Assembly (NCBI GenBank): GCA_964622315.1
Contig: CAZUOY010000004.1
Span: 2,064 to 66,063 of the forward strand
Direction of reading: 5' to 3'
Length of the DNA: 64,000 nucleotides
Source: an uncultured Oscillospiraceae bacterium
GTDB lineage: Bacteria; Bacillota; Clostridia; Oscillospirales; Ruminococcaceae
This document shows positions 43,665 to 51,898 of this stretch, one piece after another. A model generated the notes under the pieces. The model was given only the letters and a program-made list of their open reading frames with translations, was not told where the DNA came from and searched no databases. Both the position numbers and the translations under genes were made by a program. Position 1 is the stretch's first letter, and every line of letters starts with the position of its first letter.

Positions 43665-43883
43665 ATGGAGGCGCATATGAACATTCAGATTTCCGAAAAT
43701 GACAAGATAGTAGCCTTCTGGCTTACAAATAAGGAAAAGGCAGACGATAAATTCCGTGAAACGCTAAAGCCGCAATATTCCGAATGGAAAAAGAAAGGCT
43801 ACAGGGTTGCGGTTTTTATTTCCGGAAACGAGAACCTTTTAAAGAATACGGAAAGCTTACTGTTAAACAACAAAAATATTTAG
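43665..43883 (+). CDS. Small hypothetical protein (72 aa)
   Basis: ORF followed by terminator GGCAACCGCCCCTGC-gatatat-GCAGGGCGGTTGC plus TTTT (43903-43943). Confidence 0.4.
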   Translation: MEAHMNIQISENDKIVAFWLTNKEKADDKFRETLKPQYSEWKKKGYRVAVFISGNENLLKNTESLLLNNKNI

Positions 43884-44050
43884 TGAGAAAATCAATATTA
43901 TAACGGCAACCGCCCCTGCGATATATGCAGGGCGGTTGCTTTTATATAGAATGTCGTTCGGCGCATATTTGAAATAGGTTTGTTTTTAATATATACTGAC
44001 TTTAGATTGATACACAAATCTGATTGAGATTAGCAAAAAGGAGAAAAAGA

Positions 44051-44371
44051 ATGATTATTACAACAACACCCTCTGTGGAGGGAAAAACAATAGTAGATTA
44101 CAGGGGCATAGTTTTCGGCGAAGTAGTTTCGGGGGTAGATTTCGTCAAGGATTTTGCCGCCTCGCTAAACAATATTTTCGGCGGACGTTCCGGAAGTTAT
44201 GAGGAAGAGCTGATTCAGGCAAGACAGAACGCCATAGGCGAGATGGAACAGCGCGCGGTTTCTGTCGGTGCAAACGCGATAGTCGGTGTCGATATCGACT
44301 ACGAGGTGCTCGGCTCGAATAACGGAATGTTAATGGTAACCGCAAGCGGTACGGCCGTTGTTGTTCAGTAA
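44051..44371 (+). CDS. YbjQ-family (UPF0145) protein
   Basis: [57 protein letters not shown] before ATG 44051. Confidence 0.8.
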   Translation: MIITTTPSVEGKTIVDYRGIVFGEVVSGVDFVKDFAASLNNIFGGRSGSYEEELIQARQNAIGEMEQRAVSVGANAIVGVDIDYEVLGSNNGMLMVTASGTAVVVQ

Positions 44372-44521
44372 AAGCATATTAATAAATCGGCGCTTCGTTT
44401 TACAGAAACGGAGCGCCTTTATTGGTGAGAGTTCGTCTCTTTTCCCATTAACACAACAATGCCGTAGACGCAGTTAAAAAACAATCACACATAAGTTTGG
44501 ATGGCCGGTTGTAAGCGTTAC

Positions 44522-44557
44522 TTGAAAAGAAGAAAGCTGTATGATACAATATTGTAT
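44522..44557 (+). promoter_or_regulatory. Promoter of the serine recombinase gene with an overlapping 14-bp palindrome
   Basis: TTGAAA - 17 nt - TACAAT. The perfect palindrome ATACAATATTGTAT (44544-44557) covers the -10. Confidence 0.5.
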
Positions 44558-44603
44558 ACAAACGAAGCTAAACAACAAACAACATTGAAAGGAGGGCGCT
44601 GAA

Positions 44604-46775
44604 ATGGCGAAAGCTACAGAGAACATCGCGGCATATATGCGTATTTCGGTAGATACCGAAGCGGATAGAGATAACACTTCTATTGAAAACCAACGAGCTA
44701 TAATTAAAGCCTATATAAAGAATAGGTTTTCCGATGTACAGACGACATATTATGAAGACCGCGACCGCAGCGGATACACCTTCAAACAGCGAGAAGGATA
44801 TCAAAGCATGCGGCCGCTATTACTAAGCGGAAAACACAACATCTTAATAGTAAAAGACCTTTCACGATTTTCCCGCAGAAACAGCCGCGGACTTGTTGAG
44901 CTGGAGGATTTGCGTGACGCGGGCGTCAGGATTATTTCGATTGATGACTGTATCGACTATCCGACCCGTGATGAGTGGCAGCAAATTCAGTTTAAATTTT
45001 TGATGAATGAAATGCCGGTAACTGATGCGTCTCGCAAGGTGAAAAGCGTTATTAACCGCCGACAGAACGACGGCAAATGGATTTGCAGCGTTCCCTTCGG
45101 TTATGTCATAACTAATACAAAAAACATGACGGTATCCGTTGATGAAAAATCTGCCGAGATTGTCAGATTAGTTTTTAATAAGTACCTTGAAGGTTGGGGC
45201 TATAAAAAAATAGCGAATTTTTTAACTGATAAGAATATGCCGACTCCGCGTGCTGTTGAAAAAGAATTCAGAGAAGCCGACGGAACTGTTACAAACATAA
45301 AACCCAAGGATACATGGTCGATTGCAACGGTTCAGGGAATATTGAAAAACGATTTCTATATCGGAACCCTCCGCCAGAGAAAGTACACTCGAAAGAATAT
45401 CAACGGTAAGGATATGAAGCTTGACGAGGAAGAAAACATAGTCTTTGAAAACCATCACGAGGCTATTATAGATTATCGGACCTTTTCAAAAGTTCAGCAA
45501 CAGCTGGTTAGCCGTTCGAAAAACAACTATCGAGGTGTTTCGAAGTATCCGACGGTATATTCGGGATTCCTTTTCTGCGGCGACTGCGGAAGTCCGATGT
45601 TCTCCATGAGCCGTCCCGATTTGCCTGCGGCGTATACATGCGGAAGCTATCATAGACGCGGCAAAAAGGGATGCTCATCACATCACATCAGAGTCGACGC
45701 AATGGACAGCATCCTTAAAATGTATGTGAAAAAAGTATTAGAGAACTCAAAGGAAATGATAGCCCAGCTTGAAAAGTCCATTGCTCAAGAGCCTGATAAG
45801 CTTAAATCAAGCACCTCGACTGTTGAAGCGTTGGAAAAGGACCTTGAGAAAGCTAAGGATGTTTTGAAGAATACCCTGAAGCAGAAGGTTAAAGAAATTA
45901 CCGCGCACCCCGACATGGAGGAAGTGCTTTCGGAAACCTTTGATTCAATGATTGAAGAAGCTGACAAAAAAATCAAGGGAATCGAGAATCAAATTACTCT
46001 CGTGGCCGATAAGCGCAATGTGATTATTCACACCAACAGAATTGCGAAGACAGCGCTTGAGATTTTCAACGACATTATTAATAAGCCTGCGTTAGACAAA
46101 AACGATTTAGAGGTTATAATCAATCGTATGGTTGTTTACGAGGACCATGTTGATATTGAGCTAAAGTCCGATATTGATATGCTGATAAAGACCGGCTCTC
46201 TCACAGAGGAAAGGGAAATGGCAACGGCAACGGTAAATTTTAAGTGGGACACCGACAGTATCTTAAGAGCCAAAGCAGTCCTAAAACAGCGAAATAAGAG
46301 GGACGAGGCTATCGGTGTCAATGTTATCAGTAAGGGCGAGCCGCTTGAGATTTTCACAAGCGGCGACGGAGACGTTATCTTCAGAAAATACTCGACCATG
46401 AACGAGCTTGCAAACTGCGCTGATAAGTATGCCGAGGTGCTGTTTTCGTCAATAAAGCAGCCCGTCATCGTCTGCGACAGGGACGCGGTATGCGCGGCGT
46501 ATCCCTCAAAGAAGAAGGAGCTTGTCGGCAAGCGGATAAGCGAGGAGCTTGAGGAAAAGATACGTGGGCGCGATTCCGCGGTGATGGGCGAGGGTATTTT
46601 CTGCCTTAGCAACTATAAGGAAAAGGCGAGCGTGGTCGTACCCGTGCGAGCGGCTGGAAGCGCTATAGGATGTATCGCGGTCTTACAGTCCGATTCGTCA
46701 AAAAAGGTGGAAGACAAGGACATCTCTATGCTCGAAACCGCGTCTAAGCTGCTCGGTGCGCAGACGGAGAGCTGA
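44604..46775 (+). CDS. Large serine recombinase; the ORF continues without a stop across attR into the spoVT 3' segment (chimeric 723-aa ORF)
   Basis: Resolvase N domain (AAYMRISVDTE..NQ), recombinase domain, zinc ribbon CGDCGSPM..CGSYHRRGKKGC and coiled-coil region. The last ~142 codons are SpoVT C-terminal sequence. Confidence 0.88.
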   Translation: MAKATENIAAYMRISVDTEADRDNTSIENQRAIIKAYIKNRFSDVQTTYYEDRDRSGYTFKQREGYQSMRPLLLSGKHNILIVKDLSRFSRRNSRGLVELEDLRDAGVRIISIDDCIDYPTRDEWQQIQFKFLMNEMPVTDASRKVKSVINRRQNDGKWICSVPFGYVITNTKNMTVSVDEKSAEIVRLVFNKYLEGWGYKKIANFLTDKNMPTPRAVEKEFREADGTVTNIKPKDTWSIATVQGILKNDFYIGTLRQRKYTRKNINGKDMKLDEEENIVFENHHEAIIDYRTFSKVQQQLVSRSKNNYRGVSKYPTVYSGFLFCGDCGSPMFSMSRPDLPAAYTCGSYHRRGKKGCSSHHIRVDAMDSILKMYVKKVLENSKEMIAQLEKSIAQEPDKLKSSTSTVEALEKDLEKAKDVLKNTLKQKVKEITAHPDMEEVLSETFDSMIEEADKKIKGIENQITLVADKRNVIIHTNRIAKTALEIFNDIINKPALDKNDLEVIINRMVVYEDHVDIELKSDIDMLIKTGSLTEEREMATATVNFKWDTDSILRAKAVLKQRNKRDEAIGVNVISKGEPLEIFTSGDGDVIFRKYSTMNELANCADKYAEVLFSSIKQPVIVCDRDAVCAAYPSKKKELVGKRISEELEEKIRGRDSAVMGEGIFCLSNYKEKASVVVPVRAAGSAIGCIAVLQSDSSKKVEDKDISMLETASKLLGAQTES
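46333..46346 (+). repeat. attR core (14-bp direct repeat)
   Basis: AGGGCGAGCCGCTT, identical to 27323-27336 and in the same codon phase. Confidence 0.8.
46347..46775 (+). pseudogene. spoVT: spoVT 3' segment (linker plus GAF-like C-terminal domain, codons 35-176)
   Basis: EIFTSGDGDVIFRKYS..KYAEVLF..VIVCDRD..SKKKELVGKRIS..GSAIGCIAVLQS..ETASKLLGAQTES parallels the remembered B. subtilis SpoVT sequence. Confidence 0.85.
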
Positions 46776-46821
46776 AAAAGTCGAATATGGCTTACTGAGA
46801 TTAAACGGAATATACAACCAA

Positions 46822-46857
46822 ACGCCGCTGTAATTTGAGCTTGCAGTGGCGTTTTTT
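46822..46857 (+). terminator. Rho-independent terminator after spoVT
   Basis: ACGCCGCTG-(13 nt)-CAGTGGCGT followed by TTTTTT. Confidence 0.65.
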
Positions 46858-46907
46858 GTGTGAATAGAAATGAAATAGGAGCCTTGTAAGCAAGCGAAAA
46901 GCGAATG

Positions 46908-46960
46908 TTGACAAGGTTGTCTATTTGTGATAGACTGCAATTAGTCTATTGAGAATAGAC
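46908..46960 (+). promoter_or_regulatory. blaI-type promoter with two GTCTAT/ATAGAC dyad operators
   Basis: TTGACA - 17 nt - TAGACT. Dyads GTCTATttgtgATAGAC (46919-46935) and GTCTATTgagAATAGAC (46944-46960). Confidence 0.55.
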
Positions 46961-46981
46961 AACGCTGACGGAGGAACGTGA

Positions 46982-47350
46982 ATGATTGATTACACGCTTG
47001 GCGCGGTTGAAGGGAAATTCGCAGATATTGTTTGGAGCCACGAGCCGCTCTCCTCGCGCGAGCTTGCGCTTTTTGCCGAAGAAACGCTTTCGTGGAAGCG
47101 GACGACCTCGTATACGGTGCTTCGTAAGCTCTGCGACAAGGGGCTTTTTCAAAACAATAACGGCACGGTAACGTCGATTGTCAGCCGTGACGAATACTAC
47201 GGCTCGCAGGGGCGGCAGCTTATAAGCGAGGCGTTCGGCGGTTCTCTGCCGCTCTTTCTTGCCGCGTTTACAAACGGGAAACAGCTTACTGCGGAAGAAG
47301 CGGCGGCGCTTCAAAAGCTTATTGATGGCAGTAGGGAGGGGCAAGCTTGA
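46982..47350 (+). CDS. BlaI/MecI/CopY-family transcriptional repressor
   Basis: 122 aa winged-helix protein (SYTVLRKLCDKGL) directly upstream of an M56 protein, with start/stop overlap. Confidence 0.8.
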   Translation: MIDYTLGAVEGKFADIVWSHEPLSSRELALFAEETLSWKRTTSYTVLRKLCDKGLFQNNNGTVTSIVSRDEYYGSQGRQLISEAFGGSLPLFLAAFTNGKQLTAEEAAALQKLIDGSREGQA

Positions 47351-48798
47351 ACGAACTGTTTATCGCGATACTGAATATGAGCCTTGCTGCCTCGTGGGCT
47401 GTTCTTATCGTGCTTATTCTAAGGCTGCTTTTACGCCATGCACCGAAGCGCTTTTCATATATTTTGTGGGCTGCGCCGTTTTTAAGGCTGCTTGTGCCCT
47501 TTACAATAACGAGCGCGATAGCTCTCATTCCGGCGAGTGTCGAAACGATACCGCAGGACATCGCCCTTTCCGTAACGCCTCGGATTTACTCGGGCATTAC
47601 GGCGATTGACGAGCTTGTGAACCCTGCGCTGCAAAACGTCGCGCCCGAGGTGGGCGAAAGCGCAAACCCGCTTGCCGTTATGCTTGCGGTGGGCGAAGCG
47701 GTGTGGCTGTTGGGTATTGCGGTGCTTCTTGTGTATAGCGCCGTTACGTTGTTTTTACTGCGCCGAGACCTTCGTGTTTCGGCACCGTTGCTTGATAACG
47801 TTTATATTGCGGACAGAATAAAGTCGCCGTTTGTAATTGGGCTGTTTCGTCCGAAAATCTACCTTCCCTCAAATCTTACCGAGCGCGAGCGTGAGTATGT
47901 GCTGCTTCACGAGCGGGTGCATATAAAGCGCGGAGACCACATAATTAAGCTGCTCGCATTCGCGGCGCTTTGTATACATTGGTTTAACCCGTTTGTATGG
48001 CTCGCGTTCTTCTGCCTTGTGCGGGATATGGAATCCTCCTGTGACGAGCGGGTGCTGGCGAGCGCGAAAGGGGACATACGCGCCGAATATTCCGCTTCGA
48101 TTCTGTCGCTTTCTACGGGCCACAGGATAATTTCAGGCACGCCGCTCGCCTTTGGCGAGGGGGACGCGAAGGAAAGGATAAAGAACGTTATGAAGTATAA
48201 AAAGCCGCTCATTTGGGTTACGGCGATATGTTTTGTTGTGGTCGCAGTCGTAAGTGTGTCGCTTTTGTGCAGTAAACCGGAAAAGAGCATTGCGATAATC
48301 GGCGGAGCGGACGGACCGACCGCTGTATTCATTTCCGACAACGTAAAGGAAGAAACCTTCACACTGCCCGATACCGCGCCCGAAGCGCTCATATTCCCGA
48401 TAGACACGAGCGAAGCCTCAATCGTCAGAGGCTTTGCGAATTTCCACACCGGCATTGATATTGCCGAGCCGGTCGGTACGCCTATATACGCCGCGGCGGA
48501 CGGGATTGTAGTCAAGGCGGTCAGGGAGGGAGAAGCGACCGAGGAGATGGCGGGCTACGGAAGCTACGTTATTATCAATCACGGCGGTGGAATGACCACC
48601 CTTTACGCACACAACAGCAAGAACCTTGTAACCGTGGGCGACACGGTAAAAAGCGGCGACGCGATAGCGGAGGTGGGCATAACGGGAAACAGCACCGGTG
48701 CGCACGTACATTTCGGTGTGCTTATTGACGGCGTGCAGGTAGACCCCGCACGCTATTTAAAGGACACCGAAGGATGGGAAAAAAGAATCGGTGAATAG
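47347..48798 (+). CDS. BlaR1-type M56 membrane metalloprotease with C-terminal M23 peptidase domain
   Basis: LLHERVHIKRGDH (HExxH) after N-terminal TMs. C-terminal HTGIDIAEPVGTPIYAAADG .. GNSTGAHVHFGVLIDG. Confidence 0.8.
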   Translation: MNELFIAILNMSLAASWAVLIVLILRLLLRHAPKRFSYILWAAPFLRLLVPFTITSAIALIPASVETIPQDIALSVTPRIYSGITAIDELVNPALQNVAPEVGESANPLAVMLAVGEAVWLLGIAVLLVYSAVTLFLLRRDLRVSAPLLDNVYIADRIKSPFVIGLFRPKIYLPSNLTEREREYVLLHERVHIKRGDHIIKLLAFAALCIHWFNPFVWLAFFCLVRDMESSCDERVLASAKGDIRAEYSASILSLSTGHRIISGTPLAFGEGDAKERIKNVMKYKKPLIWVTAICFVVVAVVSVSLLCSKPEKSIAIIGGADGPTAVFISDNVKEETFTLPDTAPEALIFPIDTSEASIVRGFANFHTGIDIAEPVGTPIYAAADGIVVKAVREGEATEEMAGYGSYVIINHGGGMTTLYAHNSKNLVTVGDTVKSGDAIAEVGITGNSTGAHVHFGVLIDGVQVDPARYLKDTEGWEKRIGE

Positions 48799-48968
48799 AA
48801 AATAAAAGTAGGCAGCCGCTTGTGCGGCTGTCTTTTTTGCGTTTTGCTCTCTGTTCTCATCAATTGTTAACGAAAAAGTGATGACTTAGTGGGCGTTTTT
48901 GTGCTATACTATCAAAAATAGTAAATGTTTTACTAAATGTTTATCTACAAACCATAGGGAGTGGGTCT

Positions 48969-50240
48969 ATGAAGGCGTCTGAGCTGATTGAAGGGCTTAA
49001 AGGCGGAAATTTCGATAGCGAGATTTTAAGGGTTTATCCCGACGGGGTTGACAGCGCGCGCGCGCGTTTAATTCTGCTTGCGAAGCGGTTTATCGAGGAA
49101 ATAGGCGATAAAGAGGGCGTCGGAGTTTTCAGCGCCCCGGGAAGAACCGAGATTGGCGGAAACCACACCGACCACCAGTTAGGCAACGTCGTGGCGGCGT
49201 CGGTCTCGCTTGATACCGTCGCTGTGGCGGCACCGAACGGTACAAGCAGAGTGAGCGTAAAATCTGAGGGCTTTAAGCCCTGCGAGCTTGATATTAAGAA
49301 GCTTTCGCCGGATAAGAAGGAGGCTAACAGCGCGAACGCATTGATACGCGGCGTGTGCGCGGGCTTCGCAAAAAGGGGCTGTGCGGTTGGCGGCTTTGAC
49401 GCCGTTACCGCGTCCGACGTTCCCGCGGGAAGCGGGCTTTCCACCTCGGCGGCGTTCGAGGTGCTTATCGGCAACATAATTAACGGCTTTTTCGCCGGCG
49501 GCGAGGCGGATTCCACGGATATCGCAAAAATAGGTCAAGCCGCAGAGAACGATTATTTTATGAAGCCCTGTGGGCTTATGGACCAGCTCGCCTCCTCCAC
49601 AGGCGGCTGTATAGCCATAGATTTTTTCGAGCCTGATAACACGGTAATAAAGCGCTTTGACTTTGACCTCAAGGGTAACGGCTTCGCGCTTTGCATAACG
49701 AACACGGGCGGCTCGCACGCTGACCTTACCGACGAATACGCCTCAATAACTCGGGAGATGAAAGAAGTTTCTCAATTTTTCGGAAAGCGATACTTAAGCC
49801 GTGTGGACGAAAAGGAGTTCTACTCAAGGCTTGGCGAGCTTCGCGCGCGGGTGTCCGACCGTGCAATACTTCGGGCAATGCATTTTTTCAACGAGAATAA
49901 GCGCGCTCGCAAGGAGTTTCTTGCCCTTCGCGAAAACGACATTAGCCTGTTTCTTGAATTAGTTACAGAATCGGGCTATTCGTCATATATGTATTTACAG
50001 AATATATTTCCCGCCGATGTCAGCGAGAGAAGCGTGTCGTTGGGGCTTGCGCTGAGTGAAAGGCTGCTTCGCGGTCGAGGAGCCTGGCGCGTTCACGGCG
50101 GTGGCTTCGCGGGCACTGTTCAGGCTTTTGTGCCGCTCGATTTAGTTGACAGATACACAGGCGAAATGGAAAAGGCTTTTGGAAAAGGAAGCTGTCAAAA
50201 TCTTTCTATCCGCGCGTCGGGCGGAACGCAGATTATTTAA
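48969..50240 (+). CDS. galK: Galactokinase-family GHMP kinase
   Basis: FSAPGRTEIGGNHTDH (galactokinase signature variant), GHMP motif PAGSGLSTSAA, C-terminal HGGGFAGT. Confidence 0.7.
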   Translation: MKASELIEGLKGGNFDSEILRVYPDGVDSARARLILLAKRFIEEIGDKEGVGVFSAPGRTEIGGNHTDHQLGNVVAASVSLDTVAVAAPNGTSRVSVKSEGFKPCELDIKKLSPDKKEANSANALIRGVCAGFAKRGCAVGGFDAVTASDVPAGSGLSTSAAFEVLIGNIINGFFAGGEADSTDIAKIGQAAENDYFMKPCGLMDQLASSTGGCIAIDFFEPDNTVIKRFDFDLKGNGFALCITNTGGSHADLTDEYASITREMKEVSQFFGKRYLSRVDEKEFYSRLGELRARVSDRAILRAMHFFNENKRARKEFLALRENDISLFLELVTESGYSSYMYLQNIFPADVSERSVSLGLALSERLLRGRGAWRVHGGGFAGTVQAFVPLDLVDRYTGEMEKAFGKGSCQNLSIRASGGTQII

Positions 50241-50269
50241 GAGCAGAAAATAGTAAGGAGAAAAATACT

Positions 50270-51898
50270 ATGTCAGTTTGGTGGAAGGAACAGGTTGTTT
50301 ACCAGATTTATCCCAGAAGTTTTCAGGACTCAAACGGTGACGGAATAGGCGACCTTCCCGGCATAATCAGCCGTCTGGACGATTTAAAGGAGTTGGGTGT
50401 GGGAATACTGTGGCTGTCCCCGGTATACCGCTCGCCTAACGCCGATAACGGCTACGACATCAGCGATTACCGTGACATTAACCCCGAATACGGAACGCTG
50501 GACGATATGAAAAGGCTTATCTCGGAAGCGAAGAAGCGGGATATAAAAATAATTATGGACCTCGTTGTAAACCACACCTCGGACGAGCACGATTGGTTTC
50601 AAAAGAGCCGACGCCGTGAGAAGGGCTACGAGGACTACTACATATGGAAGCCCGCAAAAGAAAACGGAAAGCTGCCGAATAACTGGACCTCCTTTTTCGC
50701 CGAGGACGCGTGGGAGTATGACGACGTAAGGGGCGAATACTACCTGCACCTTTTTGCAAAGAAACAGCCAGACCTCAACTATTACAACCCCAAAATCATT
50801 GAGGAGGTAATGGACATATTAAGGTATTGGCTCGATATGGGGATAGCGGGCTTCCGTTGCGACGTAATTAATATACTTTACAAGACTTCGCTTTCAGACG
50901 CGAAGAAGCGCTTAGCGCTTACTGGTATGGAGTATTATATCTCACAGGAAGGCACCCACGAGATACTTCGCACCCTTCGCCGCGAGGTGCTTGATAAGTA
51001 CGACTGCTTCACGGTGGGCGAATCGGTTATGGTAACGACTAAGCTTGCGCGTGACCTTTGCGACGAGAGCCGAAAAGAGCTTTCAATGGTCTTCGGCTTC
51101 GAGCATATGAACTGCGACTGCTTCGGAATAAAGTATCTGCCGAGAAAATTCAGTGCCAAGCGCTTCGGAAAGGTTATTACAAAGTGGCAAAAGGAGCTTT
51201 CGTGGAACGCGAACTATCTTGAAAACCACGACCAGCCGCGAAGCGTCTCCCGCTTCGGCGACGTTAATAAGTATTGGTCGGAATCGGCTAAAATGCTGGG
51301 GCTTATGCTCTTGACCCTTCGCGGAACACCTTATATGTTCCAAGGCGAGGAGATAGGTATGACCAACTTCGACTACGAAAGCATGAACCAGATAGACGAT
51401 GTAGAATCAAAGAATGTTTACAAGCTTCTTGACAGCGTCGGCGTACCGGATTCTCTGAAGTGGAAGCTTATTAAGCGCGCCTCACGCGATAACGCGCGAA
51501 CCCCCGTGCAGTGGACGAACGGCAAGAACGCGGGCTTTACAGAGGGCACGCCGTGGCTTGACATTAACTCAAACTACAAGAAGATAAACTACGCCGCGCA
51601 AAGGGACGACGAACACTCGATTTTGAGCTTTTATAAACGAATGATTGCCTTTAGAAAGAATTCTGAAACGCTCATTGGCGGTTCCTTTAACGCGCGGGAA
51701 ATCTCGAAAAATGTCTTTGCGTATGAACGCTCGCTCGGCGAGGAAAAGCTGTTGGTCGTACTCAATTTTTCGGGCAAAAACAGGTCGGTTGATTTTCGCG
51801 GCGAGGTGGTTTTCTCAAGCTCAGACCGCCGCATATTCAACGGTACGCTGTTCCCTTATGAAGGTGTAATACTAAGGGAGGGTAAGGCGGCAGAATGA
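50270..51898 (+). CDS. GH13 alpha-glucosidase / oligo-1,6-glucosidase-like
   Basis: WWKEQVVYQIYPRSF.DSNGDGIGDL, DLVVNHTSDEH, GFRCDVI and NHDQPR blocks. Confidence 0.85.
   Translation: MSVWWKEQVVYQIYPRSFQDSNGDGIGDLPGIISRLDDLKELGVGILWLSPVYRSPNADNGYDISDYRDINPEYGTLDDMKRLISEAKKRDIKIIMDLVVNHTSDEHDWFQKSRRREKGYEDYYIWKPAKENGKLPNNWTSFFAEDAWEYDDVRGEYYLHLFAKKQPDLNYYNPKIIEEVMDILRYWLDMGIAGFRCDVINILYKTSLSDAKKRLALTGMEYYISQEGTHEILRTLRREVLDKYDCFTVGESVMVTTKLARDLCDESRKELSMVFGFEHMNCDCFGIKYLPRKFSAKRFGKVITKWQKELSWNANYLENHDQPRSVSRFGDVNKYWSESAKMLGLMLLTLRGTPYMFQGEEIGMTNFDYESMNQIDDVESKNVYKLLDSVGVPDSLKWKLIKRASRDNARTPVQWTNGKNAGFTEGTPWLDINSNYKKINYAAQRDDEHSILSFYKRMIAFRKNSETLIGGSFNAREISKNVFAYERSLGEEKLLVVLNFSGKNRSVDFRGEVVFSSSDRRIFNGTLFPYEGVILREGKAAE

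Larger units (their letters stand above)
27323..46346 (+). mobile_element. ~19.0 kb integrated element (skin-like intervening element or degenerate integrative island) inserted in spoVT, mobilised by a large serine recombinase
   Basis: Flanked by the identical 14-mer AGGGCGAGCCGCTT at 27323-27336 and 46333-46346. A serine recombinase sits at the right end. Cargo is AT-rich and mosaic, and spoVT is restored in frame when the element is removed. Confidence 0.85.
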
